Below the pieces are notes generated by a model that was not told the DNA's origin, ran no database searches, and worked only from the letters and a program-made list of their open reading frames with translations. Positions 24,804 to 26,359 of a DNA stretch of 26,359 bases are shown here, piece by piece. How positions within the stretch are numbered: position 1 is the stretch's first letter; every line of letters begins with the position of its first letter. Both the position numbers and the translations under genes were made by a program. The DNA is taken from the NCBI GenBank assembly GCA_041940385.1, contig JBGTSD010000035.1, forward strand, positions 1 to 26,359, written 5' to 3'. Source of the DNA: Phycisphaerales bacterium (GTDB lineage Bacteria > Planctomycetota > Phycisphaerae > Phycisphaerales > UBA1924).

Positions 24804-25619
24804 TCAGCGCTTGGTCGCGACGACGATGGTGATGCGGCCCATGAGGGCGTCGCGGGTGAGCATCCAGCGGATGTGGCGCCGGTAGAGGTCGTGCATCTTC
24901 GCGTGGCGCGGCTTGAGGAGCTTGCGCTTGAGCGCGAAGGAGAGGAGGGGCCAGGTGAGCATGGGGAGGTAGGAGCCGCGGCGGATGCGGTTGGTGGCGA
25001 CGTTGGCGACGTCGCCGCCGTAGCGCTCGACGAGGTAGAGCATTTGGGGGAGCGCGATGGGGTTGATGTGCTGGTTGTGCTGGTCGGGCTTGAAAGGATC
25101 GAGAGGGCGCGGGGCGCAGTCGTTATAGCCGTAGAGGAAGAAGTGCATGCGCGAGGAGAGACTCGCGACGTTGGGCGTGGTGATGATGACCGTGCCGCCG
25201 GGCTTCGCGAGGCGCATCAGCTCGCGCACGAAGCGGAAGTGGTCCTCCATGTGCTCGATGACCTCGATCGCGACGACGACGTCGTACGACGCGTCGGAGA
25301 GCGGGACGCCCTCACTGAGATCGGCGCGGTGGAACGGCACGTGCGGCATGCGGAACTGCTCGGCGGAGTAGTCGCATGCCTCGATCGTGCGCCCATCCTC
25401 CACGGCGAGCTTGCAGAAGTAGCCCTCGCCGGCGCCGACGTCGAGGATGCGCAGTGATTTGTCGGCGGGCAGGAGGGAGAGGACTCTGGGGTAGATGTCG
25501 GGCTGGAAGGTGATGGCGCGCGGGCCGTCTCCGGCGGGGCGCGCAGCGAGGGGCGAGGCCCAGTCGGCAGAGGACTCGGGTCGCGCATCGTGCGCGGGCT
25601 TGGCGGCGGGCGCGGTCAT
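24804..25619 (-). CDS. Class I SAM-dependent methyltransferase
   Basis: Motif I ILDVGAGEGYF, acidic post-I residue, motif II/III region VVVAIEVIEHMED. ATG 25619 lies 10 nt after the upstream gene's stop; an alternative start at 25655 would overlap it. Confidence 0.8.
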   Translation of the reverse strand: MTAPAAKPAHDARPESSADWASPLAARPAGDGPRAITFQPDIYPRVLSLLPADKSLRILDVGAGEGYFCKLAVEDGRTIEACDYSAEQFRMPHVPFHRADLSEGVPLSDASYDVVVAIEVIEHMEDHFRFVRELMRLAKPGGTVIITTPNVASLSSRMHFFLYGYNDCAPRPLDPFKPDQHNQHINPIALPQMLYLVERYGGDVANVATNRIRRGSYLPMLTWPLLSFALKRKLLKPRHAKMHDLYRRHIRWMLTRDALMGRITIVVATKR

Positions 25620-25629
25620 GGCGCGCACG

Positions 25630-26217
25630 CTACTCGTCGGTCGTGCCGGCGGCAACCGGCGCGCCGGGCTCGTCGGCCTGAGCCGCGGCGAGGGCGACGC
25701 GCATGCACCAGGTGGGGGCCGCGAAGTAGCGGCCGTCGACGCGTCCGCTGGTCATGCCGAAGAGACTCTTCTGCTTGACGTCGCTGAAGCGGTCCCAGGG
25801 GATGCTGATGGTCTTCGCGCCGGTCACGCGCATGATGCCGGGCGCGATGAGGTGCAGGTGGTCGGCGTCGGCGGCGATGTGGACGAAGTTGTTGATGCGC
25901 GAAACGGGCCCGAACGCCAGCGACTGATACAGGCGCACGACGGCGTCCTTGCTCTGCGGGCGCGCGGGGAAGCGGCGCGCGTGCGGCGCCCACATGATCT
26001 GCGTGATCAGGCCGAAGAGGACGAAGGGGAAGCCGGTGATCATGAGCAGCACGATGGGGATGATGTGCGGCCCCATCACGCTCATGAGCGTGATCAGCAC
26101 GACCAGCTCCATCGCGATCAGCACGACGATGAGGTGGCCCAGGTTGACGCCCTTGGCGTTCGCGAGTCGATCGCGGACGTCGGTGACGTAGCCCTCGGGC
26201 GGCGGGTCGTGACGCAT
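25630..26217 (-). CDS. Membrane protein: two TM helices plus a cytoplasmic bacterial-PH-like domain (hypothetical)
   Basis: TM helices LIVVLIAMELVVLITLMSVM and IIPIVLLMITGFPFVLFGLI, followed by an approximately 110-aa soluble domain. No catalytic motifs recognised. Confidence 0.65.
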   Translation of the reverse strand: MRHDPPPEGYVTDVRDRLANAKGVNLGHLIVVLIAMELVVLITLMSVMGPHIIPIVLLMITGFPFVLFGLITQIMWAPHARRFPARPQSKDAVVRLYQSLAFGPVSRINNFVHIAADADHLHLIAPGIMRVTGAKTISIPWDRFSDVKQKSLFGMTSGRVDGRYFAAPTWCMRVALAAAQADEPGAPVAAGTTDE

Positions 26218-26249
26218 ATCACGTCATTGTGGGCGGGCGCGCGGGGATT

Positions 26250-26357
26250 TCAACCGGCGGCGCGGCGCCGGCCGCGGGCGGGGACGCCGAGGATGGGCGC
26301 GAGGTACTGGCCGGTGTAGGAGGCCTTGACCTTGGCGACGTCTTCGGTCGACGGGAT
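26250..26357 (-). CDS. 3' end (last 35 codons) of an unidentified gene that continues beyond the window; first gene of a three-gene minus-strand operon
   Basis: Reverse translation gives ...IPSTEDVAKVKASYTGQYLAPILGVPARGRRRAAG* with TGA at 26250-26252. It lies 32 nt upstream of the next gene's ATG (26217). Confidence 0.4.
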   Translation of the reverse strand: MPSTEDVAKVKASYTGQYLAPILGVPARGRRRAAG

Positions 26358-26359
26358 GT

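Noticed and set aside
24567-25457. 296-aa plus-strand ORF antisense to the methyltransferase
   Set aside because: Low-complexity Glu/Ala/Gly/Arg-rich translation; the minus-strand frame has SAM-binding motif I (ILDVGAGEG).
1-26359. Search for tRNA/rRNA/tmRNA/CRISPR arrays and mobile elements (transposase, integrase, flanking direct repeats)
   Set aside because: No cloverleaf-compatible GTTCGA-type T-arm sequences, no regularly spaced direct repeats with spacers, and no transposase- or integrase-like translations were seen. The locus looks like native chromosome rather than an island, although a composition comparison against the whole genome could not be done.

Overview
This is a high-GC (roughly 68-70%) bacterial chromosomal segment, most likely from a Planctomycetota-type genome. 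The inference rests on four sequence features: a DUF1559-type prepilin N-terminal methylation-domain protein, several proteins carrying PEP-CTERM-like sorting tails, dockerin-like Ca-binding repeats, and a formylglycine-generating-enzyme (FGE)-sulfatase domain protein. Coding density is high and most gene pairs are convergent or divergent with almost no spacer. Housekeeping genes are carB (5' fragment), a PlsC-family acyltransferase, lptB, gap, a K+/H+ antiporter, a flotillin-like SPFH protein, an SDR epimerase, tal, ridA, miaB, dacB (PBP4), a CsaA-like tRNA-binding protein and a SAM-dependent methyltransferase. Two accessory clusters stand out. (i) At 1.4-5.4 kb, three tandem divergent paralogs of a secreted protein each end in a near-identical, cysteine-bracketed dockerin-like module. 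They sit divergently from a secreted protein built of four WGEN[IV]GW[IT]N repeats that carries the same module. (ii) At 19.7-22.3 kb, three tandem monocistronic paralogs of a small secreted protein each end in a VP[AT]PG...RRR (PEP-CTERM-like) sorting tail, each has its own rho-independent terminator, and two of them share a conserved leader motif. A fourth protein with the same tail (FGE-sulfatase domain) lies at 8.2-9.2 kb, and no exosortase is visible in the window. Other notable items are a Ser/Thr kinase with a GspE-N/MshEN-like N-terminal tandem motif and a C-terminal tail anchor, and a structured, purine-rich 317-bp intergenic region (24487-24803) containing a 4x 9-nt tandem repeat and a 15-bp perfect inverted repeat. 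No tRNA, rRNA, CRISPR array, transposase or integrase was recognised. All calls come from reading the translations and sequence; no database searches were run.
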